Positions 50,101 to 63,200 of a DNA stretch of 64,000 nucleotides are shown one piece after another (position 1 is the first letter of the stretch; each line of letters starts with the position of its first letter). Position numbers and translations under genes: made by a program. The notes below the pieces were generated by a model. It was not told where the DNA came from. It was given only the letters and a program-made list of their open reading frames with translations, and ran no database searches. This DNA is from Lama glama (Eukaryota), in assembly GCA_028534125.1 (NCBI GenBank), contig CM052816.1, positions 66,156,001 through 66,220,000 on the forward strand, read 5' to 3'.

Positions 50101-53100
50101 TTAAATTTCTCTTATTGATCCATTGATTATTCAGTAGCATGTTGTTGAATCTCTATTGATTTGTGAATTTTCCAGTTTTCCTCTGTAACTGATTTCTAGT
50201 TTCATGACATTCTGGTTGAAAAGATGCTTGATATGATTTCAGTCTTCTTAAATTTATTAAGACCTGTTTTGTGGCACAACATATGATTCATCCTAGGGAA
50301 TGTTCCACGTGCACTTGAAAATAATCTATTATCTCTTGGGTCAAATTTTCTGTACATACCTGTTAAGTCCATCTCATCTAATGTATCATTTTTGGTTGAT
50401 GCTTCTTGTTGATCATCTGAGAGAATTTATCCATTGATGAAAGTGGGGTATTAAAGTCCCATACTACTATTATATTGCCATTTATTTCTCCATTTTGATC
50501 TATACATTTTTGTTTTACATATTTAGGTGTTTCCTGTGCTGATGCATGAAATATTTACAAATGTTATATTATCTTGTTGGACTGAACTCTTTTCATTATG
50601 TAGTGCCCTTCTTTGTCTCTTATTACAGTCTTTGTTTTAAAGTCTATTTTGTCTGATATAAGTATACCTACATTAGCTTTCTTTTAGTTTCCATTTGCAT
50701 GGATATCTTTTTTCATCCATTCACTTTCAGTCTGTGTGTATACTTATGTCTTTTGTACACAGCGTATAGATGTTTCTTTTAAATTTTTATTTTATTCATT
50801 CAGATGCTCAGTGTCTTTGGACTGGAGAATTTAGTAGATTTATTTTAAAGTAATGATTGATAAGTATGTATTTATGGCTATTTTGTTGTTTTCTGGCTGT
50901 TTGTATTTCTTTGGTTTTTTTGTTTTTGTTTTTTAATTCTTTTGCTCTCTTCTGTTGTGATATGACTTTCTGTAGTGGCATGCTTAGGTTTCTCTCTCTT
51001 TCTCTTGTGTATCTACTAAGGTTTTTGCCTTGTGGTTACCATGAGGCTTTAATAAAACAACTTATTTATAACAGTCCAATGTAAATTCTTTACAACTTAA
51101 GTTCAAATGTATCTAAAGCTCTACATTTTAATCTCCTCTACCACAGTTTATGTTCTTAATGTCATATTTTACATATTTTTATCTTGTGTATCCCTTTCCC
51201 AATTATTTTAGTTATAGTTATTTTATTATTTTTGCCTTCTAACCTTCATACTTGCTTTACAGGTGATTAATCCACCATTTTTACATTATATTATTGTAAT
51301 TTTTCTATATATTTACTTTTACCAGTGAAATTTACACTACATATGTTTTCCTGTTACTAATTAGTTCCCTTTCTTTTCAGCATAAAATGTCCCTTTAATA
51401 TTTCTTGTAAGGACTATTTAGTTATGATGTTTTTTTAAACTTTTGCTTGTCTGAAAAACTCTCTCTCCTTCAATTCTGAATGATAACTTTGCTGTGTAGA
51501 TCCTTGGTTGGAATTTTTCTTTCAGAACATTGAATACATCACACCACTTTGTTCTAGCCTGCAAAGTTTCTGCTGAAAAATCTGATAGTCTTATGGGGGT
51601 TTCTTTGTATGTAACAAGTTGATTTTCTCTTGCTGCTTTTAAGATTCTCTCCTTGTCTTTAACTTTGACATTTTAATTATGTATATTGGTGAAGGGCTGT
51701 TTTGGTTATCTTTACTTGGAATTTTCTGGATTCCTTTATCTGGATGTCTATTTCCTTCCCCAGGATAGGCTGTTTGGGGCCAATATTTCTTCAGATATGT
51801 TGATACGTTTTTGACATCTTTATCTCTTTCTTCTCTTCTGGGGCCCTGTAATATGAATATTGGTATGCTAGGTATTGTTCTTTAAGTCCCTTAAGCTATC
51901 TTTACTTTTTTTCATCATTTCCTTTCACTGTTCTGATGAGTTCCATGCCTTGTCTTCAGGTTTACTAATCCTTTCTTTTCTTTATCTGGTCTGCTATTGA
52001 ACCTGGTTTGTGTATTTTTTTAGTTCAGTTATTAGATTCTTCAGTTCGATGACTTCTGTTAGGTACTTTCTTATATTTTCTATCCCTTTGTTGAAATTCT
52101 CACTGTTAATTCTTCCAAGTTTGTTGAACGTCTTTATGACCATTAGTTTTTTTAAACATTTTTTATTGAGTTATAGTCATTTTACAATGTTGTGTCAAAT
52201 TCCAATGTAGAGCACAATTTTTCAGTTATACATGAACATACATATATTCATTGTCACATTCTCTTTCGCTGTGAGCCACCACAAGATCCTGTATATTTTT
52301 CCCTATGCTATACAGTATAATCTTGTTTATCTATTCTACATTTTGAAATTCCAGTCTGTCCCTTCCCACCCCCTACGCACTTGGGCAACCACAAGTTTGT
52401 ATTCTATGTCTATGAGTCTGCTTCTGTTTTGTATCTATGTTCTTTTTTTTTTTTCAGATTCCACATATGAGCAGTCTCATATGGTATTTTCTTTCTCTTT
52501 CTGGCTTAGTTCACTTATGTTGTCAGTTTTTATGGCTGAATAGTATTCCATTGTATAAATATACCACATCTTCTTTATCCAGTCATCTGTTGATGGATGT
52601 TGAGGCTGTTTCCATGTCTTGGCTATTGTAAATAGTGCTGCTATGAACACTGGGGTGCAGGTGTCATTTTGAAGTAGGGTTCCTTCTGGATATATGCCCA
52701 GGAGTGGGATTCCTGAGTCATATGGTAAGTCTATTCCTAGTCTTTTGAGGAATCTCTATATTGTTTTCCACAGTGGCTGCACCAAACTGCATTCCCACCA
52801 GCAGTGTAGGAGGGTTCCCTTTTCTCCACAGCCTCTCCAGCATTTTCTTTATGACCATTATTTAAAATTCTTTATAAAGCAAGTCAGTTATGTCTTTTTT
52901 GTTAAGAACTTATTAGGTATGTTATGCCTTTTAGAACATATTTTTTCTGTTATTTCCTTTTCCTTGACTCTCTGTTTCCATGCATTAGATAAAACACCCA
53001 CCTCTCTCAGTCTTGAAGGATATCTTCTTGTAAGACAGGAAACTTATTATTCAAACACTGCCCTAGGTTTTAGTTGTATCTCAAACCTTTGTGATTGTTT

Positions 53101-54758
53101 AAGCAGAATATTTTATTTTTAGTGGCTCTCAGTAGTTGAAGTTATCAGTGTCCTAAAGGGGAATATCTCAGTTAGCACATAGATTTAAGCTGATTGGAAG
53201 CCAAACCCTCAGGCAGCAGCTTTTTAAGTATTCAAATATATATAGTCTTGTGTGACTGTAAGCATAACTTACATTGTTTGTAAGCATAACATTATGAGCA
53301 TAAGCATTGGCCACAGATCCATTCAATCTGGGGGCACCCCGTGGATGGCAGTTGCAAAAGTTGGGGTGCCAGTTGAGTATACAAGGCCCTTTAGAAAAGA
53401 TACTGGTGGCCTAAAGCAAGGCATAGGGAGGGTGTAAAGGTGGCATGCAGCAGCCTCTTTCCTTGGAATGCAGCTCTTTTGCACCCTAGACATTTGACAA
53501 AGTAGAAGCTTGTTCCCCAGGTTAAAGGTCCAGGAGGAGCAAATAGGCTTCTATTACATAAAGACTAGGGGTGAGCTGTCTGCATAGTGCCCTGGAGGTG
53601 GTAGCCTGCCAAGAACCATCTCTGTTTATTATGACCCCATGGAACCCAGGCAAGCAAGACCGACTGGCCATCAGAGCTAGGCAATCAAGGGGCTTTCCCT
53701 GGATGGCAACCACAAAAACCAAGGTGCCAGATAGAAAAACTGGGTACCAGACACATGTAAGAGCCCTCTTCTTGGGGTGTGGCAGAGGGAGAGCTCAAAG
53801 ATGATGCCTGTCCTCAGGTTTCTGGAGAGGATTAGTGGGTGCTTAGATGTAAGTTTAGTTTGAAAACTGCCCCTCAGGCTGTAGCTATGAAGATAAGCTA
53901 ATGGGCCTCTTTCATAGGAAGACTCAGTGCTGCAGTCTGTTGCTTCCTGCTGTGCTCCGGGGGTGGGGCCATGTAAGAATTCTTTCTCCATTGGTTGCAG
54001 CGTTTCAGGACTCTCAAGCTTGAACTCCACCAGAGCCAGGTGAGTTAGAGATGTAACCTCGGCAGGAACCCAAAACAGGGTGCCAGATGAGGGCAAAAAC
54101 TCCTTCCTAGGAGATTCTGGCGAGCTGGGGCACGGAGGAGAGAGGGCACAGTGATGGCGCCAGCCAGCCTCCCTCCCCGGTGGGTACCCCCTCAGATCTC
54201 CAGATGTGTGTTAAGTTAGATGCCTGCCCCGCAGGCTGGCACTTGATGTCAAAGAGGCTTATTTGCTTACCGTAAAGCCTGGGCTCCTCTCGGCGGGCTG
54301 CCTCTGTGCTGGTCTCTGAGGCAGGTGAGTCTAAGCCCACACCCCCTTTCTGGCTGTTTCTCAGTTTGGTATTAATTTGAGGGTCTCATGGATGTGAGCG
54401 CCACTGGTTTTAAAAGCTAGATGTTTTGGGGTTTCTCTCTCAGATGCGGGCTTTAAAAGTTGGGGTGGATGATGTGAGGCTCAAATACTTTGCTTCACAG
54501 GGAGAAGCTCTGGGCGTTGTGTTTCTTCTTGACGGTGGGCCACCACACTCAGGGTGGGGTTTATGGTGTGATTGTGTCTCAGCCTCTTACTTTGATTTTT
54601 TTAAAAATTTGCCCAGTGTATATGGGTTGCTCAGGTATTTTTTAGGCTTTTTTTTCCCCCCAGAGGAAGTTGTTTCATATGTAGCTGCAGATTCAGTGTG
54701 TTCCTGGGATGAGGTGAGTTCAGGATCTCCCTGTGTCACCACCTTGAACCAGAACTTG
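47195..54758 (-). mobile_element. Near-full-length degraded L1 (5' UTR, ORF1, ORF2; 3' UTR/poly-A not seen)
   Basis: Continuous antisense L1 from CTGACTTATTTCACTTAGCATG (ORF2 end) through ORF2 and ORF1 to a 5' terminus GAGGTGAGTTCAGGATCTCCCTGTGTCACCACCTTGAACCAGAAC; no long ORFs remain. Confidence 0.9.
52146..52845 (-). mobile_element. Young 5'-truncated L1 inserted in the older L1
   Basis: Perfect 15-bp TSD TCTTTATGACCATTA at 52131-52145 and 52846-52860; T-rich tail and L1 3' UTR. Confidence 0.93.
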
Positions 54759-54769
54759 TACTTTATCTT

Positions 54770-55470
54770 TTAGTTAATGGCACTAATATTTACTTAATAT
54801 ACTGAGCCAGAAATGCCAGGGTCCCTTGTAATTTCTAGTTATCGCTCTTAAAATCTTATTGGTCCCCATTACCCACCTTCTAATGGAATTATTGTGTGTT
54901 CCCTACTCTTCGCCATGCCTGAGCCCCCTTTGTTTCAGGCGTGGAGATAACCTAACCACTTTCTAATACTTACTCTCTTTCCACCATCGCCTTCTGTTTG
55001 TCCATTTCCCATACTGCCGTTTGAGTGATCTTTCAAAATTCAAATCTGATCAAACTACCTTCTTGCTTAAGTTCCTTCAAGAGTTTTTCAAAGCTGGAAG
55101 ACAAAATCCAGACTTCTAATTTTTTTCCCACAAGTGTGATGATCTCAGCCCTGGGCCTCTTCTCTTTCTCTTTCACTCTGATCAGCGACATGAATGGCGC
55201 TGGAGTTCTAGAAATACCCTGTGCTCCACCACACCTCTGTGGGTCGCCTGTGCATCTCCCTTTGTTTGGAACCGTGAACCATCTTCTTCCACTTCTGCTC
55301 TTGTGTAACCCTTACATCTTCTGTGTTTTAGCTCAGGACTCATTTCTTCTAGTTAGCCTTCTTGGAACATCCCGATCCTCGTCTCCAGTCAGGGCTAGTT
55401 GCCTCTCTTCTGTGCTGTCGTGAAAGTTTATATGTAAATAGTGGCACTAATCAAATTGTATTCTAATTGT
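54770..55470 (+). mobile_element. L2 LINE fragment
   Basis: GAGTGATCTTTCAAAATTCAAATCTGATCA...CTTGCTTAA...AAGACAAAATCCAGAC. Similar L2 remnants near 10100-10590, 13530-14190 and 58150-58250. Confidence 0.65.
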
Positions 55471-57224
55471 CTGCTTAGTAGGATCTTGTTCTGAACATAT
55501 TAATCTAGATTTTCTATCAATACCTGCTTTCCTGATACTGTCTATACAGTATAAAAAGAGAATATGATTTCTAGGTCAAATTGCCTGAGATTTAGAATTA
55601 ATAAACAAGAAATTCTAGTGCTAGAGGGCTTGGGGCATAAACAGTAAATTGGGAAGGAAAGTTAGCCAGACCTCTCTCCACCAGATTAAAGGCTCTTTGG
55701 ACTTGGTGGGCATGGGCTGAAGTGAGAAGAAACTGAAAGGCGAAATAGGAGAACCAAGAGGCTTTGGTGTCCCTGAGAAATGTCCAGGCACAGAGCCTGC
55801 TAGGTGGCCTTTTATTTGGAAGGGGTCTTTTTCAAGTCTAGCAGGAAACCTAGAGGAAAATGGTAGCGTCTCCTGAGAGTCCAGATGTGTTCTTTTCAGG
55901 TCTACCTCTTCAATGCTATTGAGGAAGAAATAGCCATGCTGTAAATTTGTTTTCTAAACTAAAATCAGGGCAGTTATTTCTGAGGGGTGAGCATAGAGGG
56001 GGATTCCTGCTAAAACCGGTTCAAACTGGCCTAGCCAAAGGAGCCTCAGAACAGCCGCAAAGCATGTGTAGTTGTTCGGAGGTCTTGTGATGGAGAAGAT
56101 ATTTATCAGTTTGTCTAGGGGTTAGAGGACTATTGTCTAAGAAAATGTATTTTATAGCATTTCAGAGAAGACTTTTTTTGAGTTCTTTTGGAATGAAACA
56201 AATTTCTAATGTTCATTTTAATTATTAGACACAAATATTAGGATATATTAAATTAAAAACTGTCATTTATTAATATACACTTACATGTTTTCCTCTTTCA
56301 AAATTGTCTGAGTTCACTGTGGTCAGCTTCCTACTGTATTTATTTTCATATATACCAAGAAATTAGCACAAATAAGACATTCTATAAATTTCAGTTAGTA
56401 TAACTGTAAGTCCCTTAATTTATTATTTTCCCTTTAATTTTGATTCTTTGCATGGTACCTGCTTTGTCTAGACCAGCAGGCGACCCTCCTGTCACTGAGT
56501 TCTGTCAGGCAGCTACTTTGACACTCGTGGACCCGTGTGGATACTCTTGGGACTTCTTGCTTAGCTTATTTTTAGCACAGAGTTCAGGCAATGGCCTTAG
56601 ATGTATATTTGGAAGAAAATATATAGGGATAGAGCTGGTGGCACAATTAGAACACTAAGGGGTCTTAAAATTAGTAGTGATCTTCTGTGATGCAAACAGA
56701 TTGATAACTGGGTGCTTCCCCATGCCCTGAGGTCCAGGGCCAAGGCAAGCTGGTACCTCACCTGGAACATCACTGCACCATGCACTGTACACCACACACG
56801 TCTCACCCACACATCGCCCTGATGAATGCTCCTTTCCCAGGCTGTGTCAGTACAGTGCCACAGTGGTCACTTGACCCCCGACTTTAGATACAGGGACACA
56901 TGATCTTCAGGTAACAGAGGCAGTTTTTTAATACAACTAAGAGCTTTGACTCTGGAATGCAGTCAGTCAGGTATAAAGTCACTTACCTTAAAAGGTTACA
57001 AATATTGTTGGAGTTAACTCCTTAACCGAAGTCCAGAATCACATGTTGGAAACCCATATCCCTAAGTGAAAATATATCTACTGTCTCTAGTTCAAGCTCA
57101 GCACTGCGCCTAGGATTGTGGAAAAGGAAGGAAACAAAAATGGAAACAGACATCCTAGGCCAAAACTAATATCAATAGAAGGGAGATGAAAAAACTTCTC
57201 AGACCAAGACTGAGAAATTCAGGA

Positions 57225-60200
57225 ATATAGTCTCTTAGATATTTATTGTAATCTCCAAAAAATAAAACAAGATAAACCCAAAGAACAAATACCACTTTCT
57301 ATACAGAACTCACATACAAACTTAATACCTAGTAGAGCACATACAGTTCTTACACAATTAGTATCAGTAAAGAGAATGAAAATTTCACAATGTGAATACA
57401 CTCAATAGCTTTAAACCCAGACAGGCGCTCCTGTGGACACACGAAGGGTCACAGGATTTGCTGTGCAGTTTTCAAATCAACGTCACGATCACTACATGAA
57501 AGCATTAAGCTGTTACTCAATTTTTCCTCAAGAAGAGTTCCACAGTGCAGTCACTGAGAAGGAGCCAAAAGTGCCTGGTTACAAAGGAAGGTCTTCATCA
57601 GTGCACTTCCCAACGCCCTTTATGGGAAACACAGAACTGCAGAAAAATCTCTGGGCACACATCTGACTGGTTGACATTGCATTAGACAATGTCTTGTGGT
57701 TTGGTGCATGGGCAAAATGTCTACATCAGCTGTTCCAATGTGATTTCAGATTGATTTGTGTTTTGGGGCTGAGTCTGGGGCTGCTCAGCACAGAGGAATA
57801 TGGCAAGGTAGCACCTTGTCTTCCTCATTGGGACAAAAACAGAGCCAAACTGGGGTAATTTCTTGGGTTTCCAAGGGCCAGTATGGCTCTCTGGAAAAAA
57901 AAAAAAAAAACAATGACCAGTAGCTGCCAGCTCTGTCACCCTTCCATTCAAGGGAACAAACTGCACTCTTTCCCACATACTTGCCTGGTACAGTCTCCTC
58001 TATCTAATTCGGGAATCATGTCTGACCTCTTCCATGGAGCCATTCTTGACCTTTCCAGATCTTATAGGTCCTCCATTCTTCTTGCTCCTATGTCCTGACA
58101 TAACTTAGCATTTAGATTACATCCTGGAATTTCGTTCCTTGTCCTTCCATCAGTAAGCCTATCAGGGGCCAGAGCCATCCACCTCTTTCATGTTTCATTC
58201 CCACAGCACTGAGCACACGGTACTCAGTAACTGTTGATGACTAACTAAACATTTAAACAGACTCTTAAATTATCATTCTAATGTTGGCTACCTGCTTACA
58301 TTTGTTTCTTTTTTTAAATTTGGCACAAAGTTGTCACCAGTCTCCCTGTTTCACCCACCTTCACTTGACTTCTTCAGTGGGTCTGAGAGCTGAGTACAGA
58401 ATTTCAGGCTATCACATGTAAAACAGGGCCGCCCATCGCTGGTGGTAGCCCAGAGCCATTTAATGCGACTGGCACGTCCTCACATTTCAGTTTCAGGCAA
58501 CTGCTATAGAGAGGCGTGAAGGGTTGATATGATGTCCAGGTTGCCATGGTCATCTAAAACCAACGGCACTTCATCATTTTTAGGGAAAAACTCAACTTTT
58601 CTTCCTAAAGATATCATGATTTACTCTAAATGAAAAGGCAGAGCACAATATTAAAATGAGTGCTTTGCCTCAAAAATTGAAATGGCAAATAGGAGTTTAA
58701 AGTAGTTGGCCTACTTTAAACTTCATAGACATAAACACCTAAAAGAGTTTTTGACAATCCAGCTACCAGGCCTCATTTCTTGGTTTTTGCATCTCAGTGA
58801 AGTTCTAGGCCACCAATGATATTAACCAAGGGGTTTGAGGATGAACATATGAGTTTATGATGACTTACTAATGTGATTTAAGGATTCTGACCTGTTTATC
58901 ACTAGTGTGGACAATTGAGACTTGAAAGTGAATATAACATTAGCCACCACCTAAAAAGACATCAATATTTTAGGATTCCCAGGATTGACACTTAAATTTC
59001 CAAACAAAATACAGAGCAACAATAAAATAGACATATAAAATATGAGTAAAAATTCTTAGATGAAAACATGATCAACATTTCAGAGAAAAATAAAAATGAC
59101 TTTTCCTTATGTGCATATTTTTTCTTAGGTTTCTAAATTAGCCCCTTATAAATGGCTTAAGGAGAACTCTGAATTAAAGAAGGGAATGCCTACATAAATA
59201 AGCTAACAGCCGTTCTGTCTTGAAAATAAAATTCACAATTCTAAAAGGCAAAATTGACATATACTTGCAGATCCTAAATGTTCGGTCTTATAGGGAAAGA
59301 CATACTTTGAAGTAGGCACAGAGGAGTTTCACATGACACCAGTAGATATTTACTGTATAAACTGCACCACTAGACAAATACAGCTACAAGAAATAATTTG
59401 AGTAAGTCAAACAGCCATCGAAGCATCCCACACATTCATTACAATTCACTCTTTCACACTATTGTATATACACTGAGTAAGTCATTAAATATTGCACTTA
59501 TTGGCCCATGAACCCTCAATTCTGAGGTGTTGAAAAATAGAAAACAAATCTATTTTTATAACATATTTCATGCAACATTTAAGACACTTCAGTTCCACAA
59601 ACACCATTAAATAGTTGTACATTTGGACAGTTCAACGGTATCACATCACATCTTGACATTAACAATATATTAACAGGAATTACAGGAAGTTTTCATTCAG
59701 GACATATCCTAGGAGTGATGAGACAATGCATGGAGAACCATCATACTGTTACAGGAAACAACCCCCAGACTTCACTCTTCTGAGGCGTACGGAACCACTA
59801 GACAGATGTAAGTTACCCTCACGTCCCTGAAAGGCCAGGTGTCTGCGGCTCATGTACCATCTGAGTCTTTAAGAACAGCATTCATGAGCCTAAGCAACCT
59901 CCAGCCCCAAACAACATGAATATGAAACATTTCCACTAAGGAATAAAGCCACAGCCAACTCTCAGTTGTCCACGAGGAAGTATGAACACAGGTGAATGAA
60001 ACACACAGGTAACCGCCTTCCCCCCACCTCATGTCAGTAGTAAGGGCTGGTTGAAACTCTACCAAGAACAGTGCTGGTGGGAGGTAAATGGTGAAACTTG
60101 AGTCTCATTTCCTATTCTGGGTCCTGTCATTCTGTGAGGATAGTGCTTTAAAGAGTGAAATGATCAAAAATCAAGACGCAGAAAAGAGAGCTGTAAATAG

Positions 60201-63200
60201 AAAGCCCCGTGGGCCCACTAGCCAGTTGATCTGCCCTTAATACTCAAGCTCTGACAGAGGCTTGGAAATAATTTCTTTTCTCTGGAACATCTGCAAAATA
60301 TATTCTCTCTATCCTCTCTTTTTAATGGGAATTAGTTATGTGAACAGATACACAAATCAAATCAGTGTGAGGAATCTGTTTTGTAGACCTTTTTAAGCAA
60401 ATGCCAGTTACAGTTGGAGTGTAGTAAAAGCTCCCTTTTCTCTAGCACTGAGAAAGCACCATATGTGGACATTTCCCTTCATAGAAAAGGTATTTGTCTT
60501 TGATACACACTGAGTCTGTGCTGGGAGCGGCAACACTGTGGGTGAGTGTAAATCTTTTAATCTACTGAAGGGAAATATTTGACTGCGTGTCAAGCATTTC
60601 TGTAAAGGTAAACACCTTTATTTGTGAAATAACAATAGGTAGATATATTTAAAATAAATTCTCCAGACCTGTATTTGCCCCCTTAGGAATATTATATTTT
60701 TAGGACCCAGAGCCCTTTACATACACTGCAGAGATAACAGAGAGGCTTTTTTTCTGGTTATAAATTTCATCTTTTGCCCAGTTTGTTCCAATTTCAGAAT
60801 ATAAAATAGGTTTATGACTTTAACTGGCTTTGAGCAAAAATTTACCTATAAGGATTCTAAAAAGCCGACCCTAATGGTTCAGCTCATCAGAAGGACTTCA
60901 GCATTTTACGGTCAGGCCACTAAAGCACAGGTAGCGCACATTCAAGCCACACAGAGCCGCAGAGGCTGCATCTCCCAGGGGGTGATTAGAAAAGCCACAT
61001 GGGTCTAGTTGCTCACATGGCACCCTGCCACAGCGCACTGAGTGAGTAGACACACCAAGGGACAAAGACTTCCAGTTCCCAGGCATGCGATCTAGGCTTT
61101 AGAGAGAGAGGAGATTCTTCAGACAGAAAGACAGGCTACCTCCCAAGGAAGCTGCACCAAAAACTCCTGATGGAGCATTACAGTAGTATATGAAAATTAT
61201 TAAACCCTTTTTGGCCAAGAAGGTTTTTAATCATGATTTTAAGATTAGTTTTAGTTTTTCACATGCAGCTGCTACTTCAGCCGTGGGATAACTTGGTAGA
61301 ATCTGGATATGTTCTTAATGTAGTCCCACATATGCCCCATGGTTGACTGAAAGATGGCATTGTACATCCTCGCCATGCACGAAGACACACGTTGGATAAA
61401 AGCACGTTACAATGAGCCACTGATGACTATCACGCTCCAAAAAGCAATGTTGCTTCATGGAAGTTCAGTTACTAGTAAACTGTATTTTACTATTCAAAAA
61501 GAATATTGCATCCCTGAAAGTCTATTCTCAGCATAGATGTAGGTAAAATTGGAAGTTTAAATTGGTTTCCAAAAAGTAACTGATGAGCTAAGCAAAAGAA
61601 CTATGATTAATCTGGATACGAGTTAAGTAGGTGAAATAGATTTATTTGTTGAGTATATAGACGTCATATGATGTGGGGTGTAGTTTTGTAGAATTTATAG
61701 TTCACATTAAACAAACAATGCTGCAGCTTTCTGCTATAACCCAAGGCATCATCATAGATCCCTTTCCAAATAAAAATCTTAGCACTTATTTACCAGGCAG
61801 CAAAGGGATACTGATTTTAAGTGGGTCTAAGGAGGAGGTTAAAAGTTTATCAAGGCAGTGGAAGCTGTTCTGTGGGGGCAGTGGCAATGAACTAATTCAC
61901 TGTCTGAAAGCAATTCTTCTTAGAAGCCATGAATATAATGCTAAATTGTAAATTGCCATCTTAAAACTTAAGGAACTTCATGTACCTACTACCTCCACTC
62001 ACATCCCCAAAAGCTGAAATGAGGATCCACTCCACAGATGGCTGTTTAGAGGAAACAATTTCCAGTCCAAGCTTTTATTTACTTAAGAATAGAAAGGAAG
62101 GCCCCCAAACCAAAGCTCTTGGAAGTATCTGCTCAAAACAAGCAAGGTTTGTTTCTAAAAGTAATTGGAGGGTTCGGGTGGTGAGGAAGTGGGTGGCAGA
62201 TAAGAGAAGTTCAGACGTGAAACAGTTAATTCAGTTGCATCAAAGACAAAAGGTGGATGTCTACAATTTATAAACTAACACGAGCACATACTTTGTAAGG
62301 TGTCTTGTTCTTTTGAATACAAATTTAGTTAAGCCATTAGTATAAATGGTCTGGGTTATTTAAGCTGTTGGCAGATGGAGAGAATGTAGGAGGTACTGTG
62401 TGCATGCTGACCAAAAGGCAGAAAAACCTTGGCGCGGCCATGTTATAATTTACAAGTGATAGAGCTTGATGCCAATACAAGTTTGCTTAGTTAACCCTGG
62501 GCTGCCTCCTCTTTTGCCAAATTTGACGTTAAAACAAGGATCTCTTGATGAGATTAGAAATAGAGGATTTTCTCTCTTTCCATGTGTTTGACAGCAGGAG
62601 TACAGGTGCTTAATTCACTTGAGCTCTGTGACAATCCTTTCTGGAAACTTCTCACTTAGTGAAATTCACACCAGGGTGCGAGCTTCAGAACTTAGCATCA
62701 ATTAGGTAGGCTTCACTTCCAGTGAGGTTTGTAAAGTAGAAATTATCGAATGTTCTTGGCAATGACACCTGGGCTGTTGCTGTATCATGCTCCTCTGACC
62801 GGCACCACGTGGTTCAACTTGGGTGTGTCTGACATGGTGTAAGTGGGCACCGGGCTTTGGTCTTCTGGTTCTAGGGCCGATTAATTTCAATAGCAATGAG
62901 TTCTTCAGGGGAGGAGTTTACAAGAGGGTAAACTCAACTCTTCCCACTTTTCTACTCTCTCTCATTTTGCTTTCCATTTTACGATACTGCACCAATCAAG
63001 GTCCTTCTGAAGAAGCCATCTGAAACATCGCACTTAGGTCCTTGACATCTGTATGTATGTATGTGAGATTGGGGCTGAGAGAGGAGGGGAAGGTCTTCCT
63101 GACTTTATTACTTCATATTAGATTATAAAAGTTAGCTTAACAACTATCTTTTAACATGGCCACTTTCTAGTCTAAGATACAGAAATACTACAATATCATG

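Noticed and set aside
58490..58580. SECIS element or C/D-box snoRNA on the minus strand (ATGATGA...CTGA)
   Set aside because: No apical AAR at the right spacing and no proper GA quartet for SECIS; no terminal stem or recognisable guide for a snoRNA.
62996..63074. Terminal coding exon on the minus strand (acceptor-like TTCCCCTCCTCTCTCAG; possible peptide ...DVKDLSAMFQMASSEGP*)
   Set aside because: No frame gives a protein C-terminus I recognise and no upstream coding exon is evident; it may simply be UTR. BLASTX or RNA-seq junctions would settle it.
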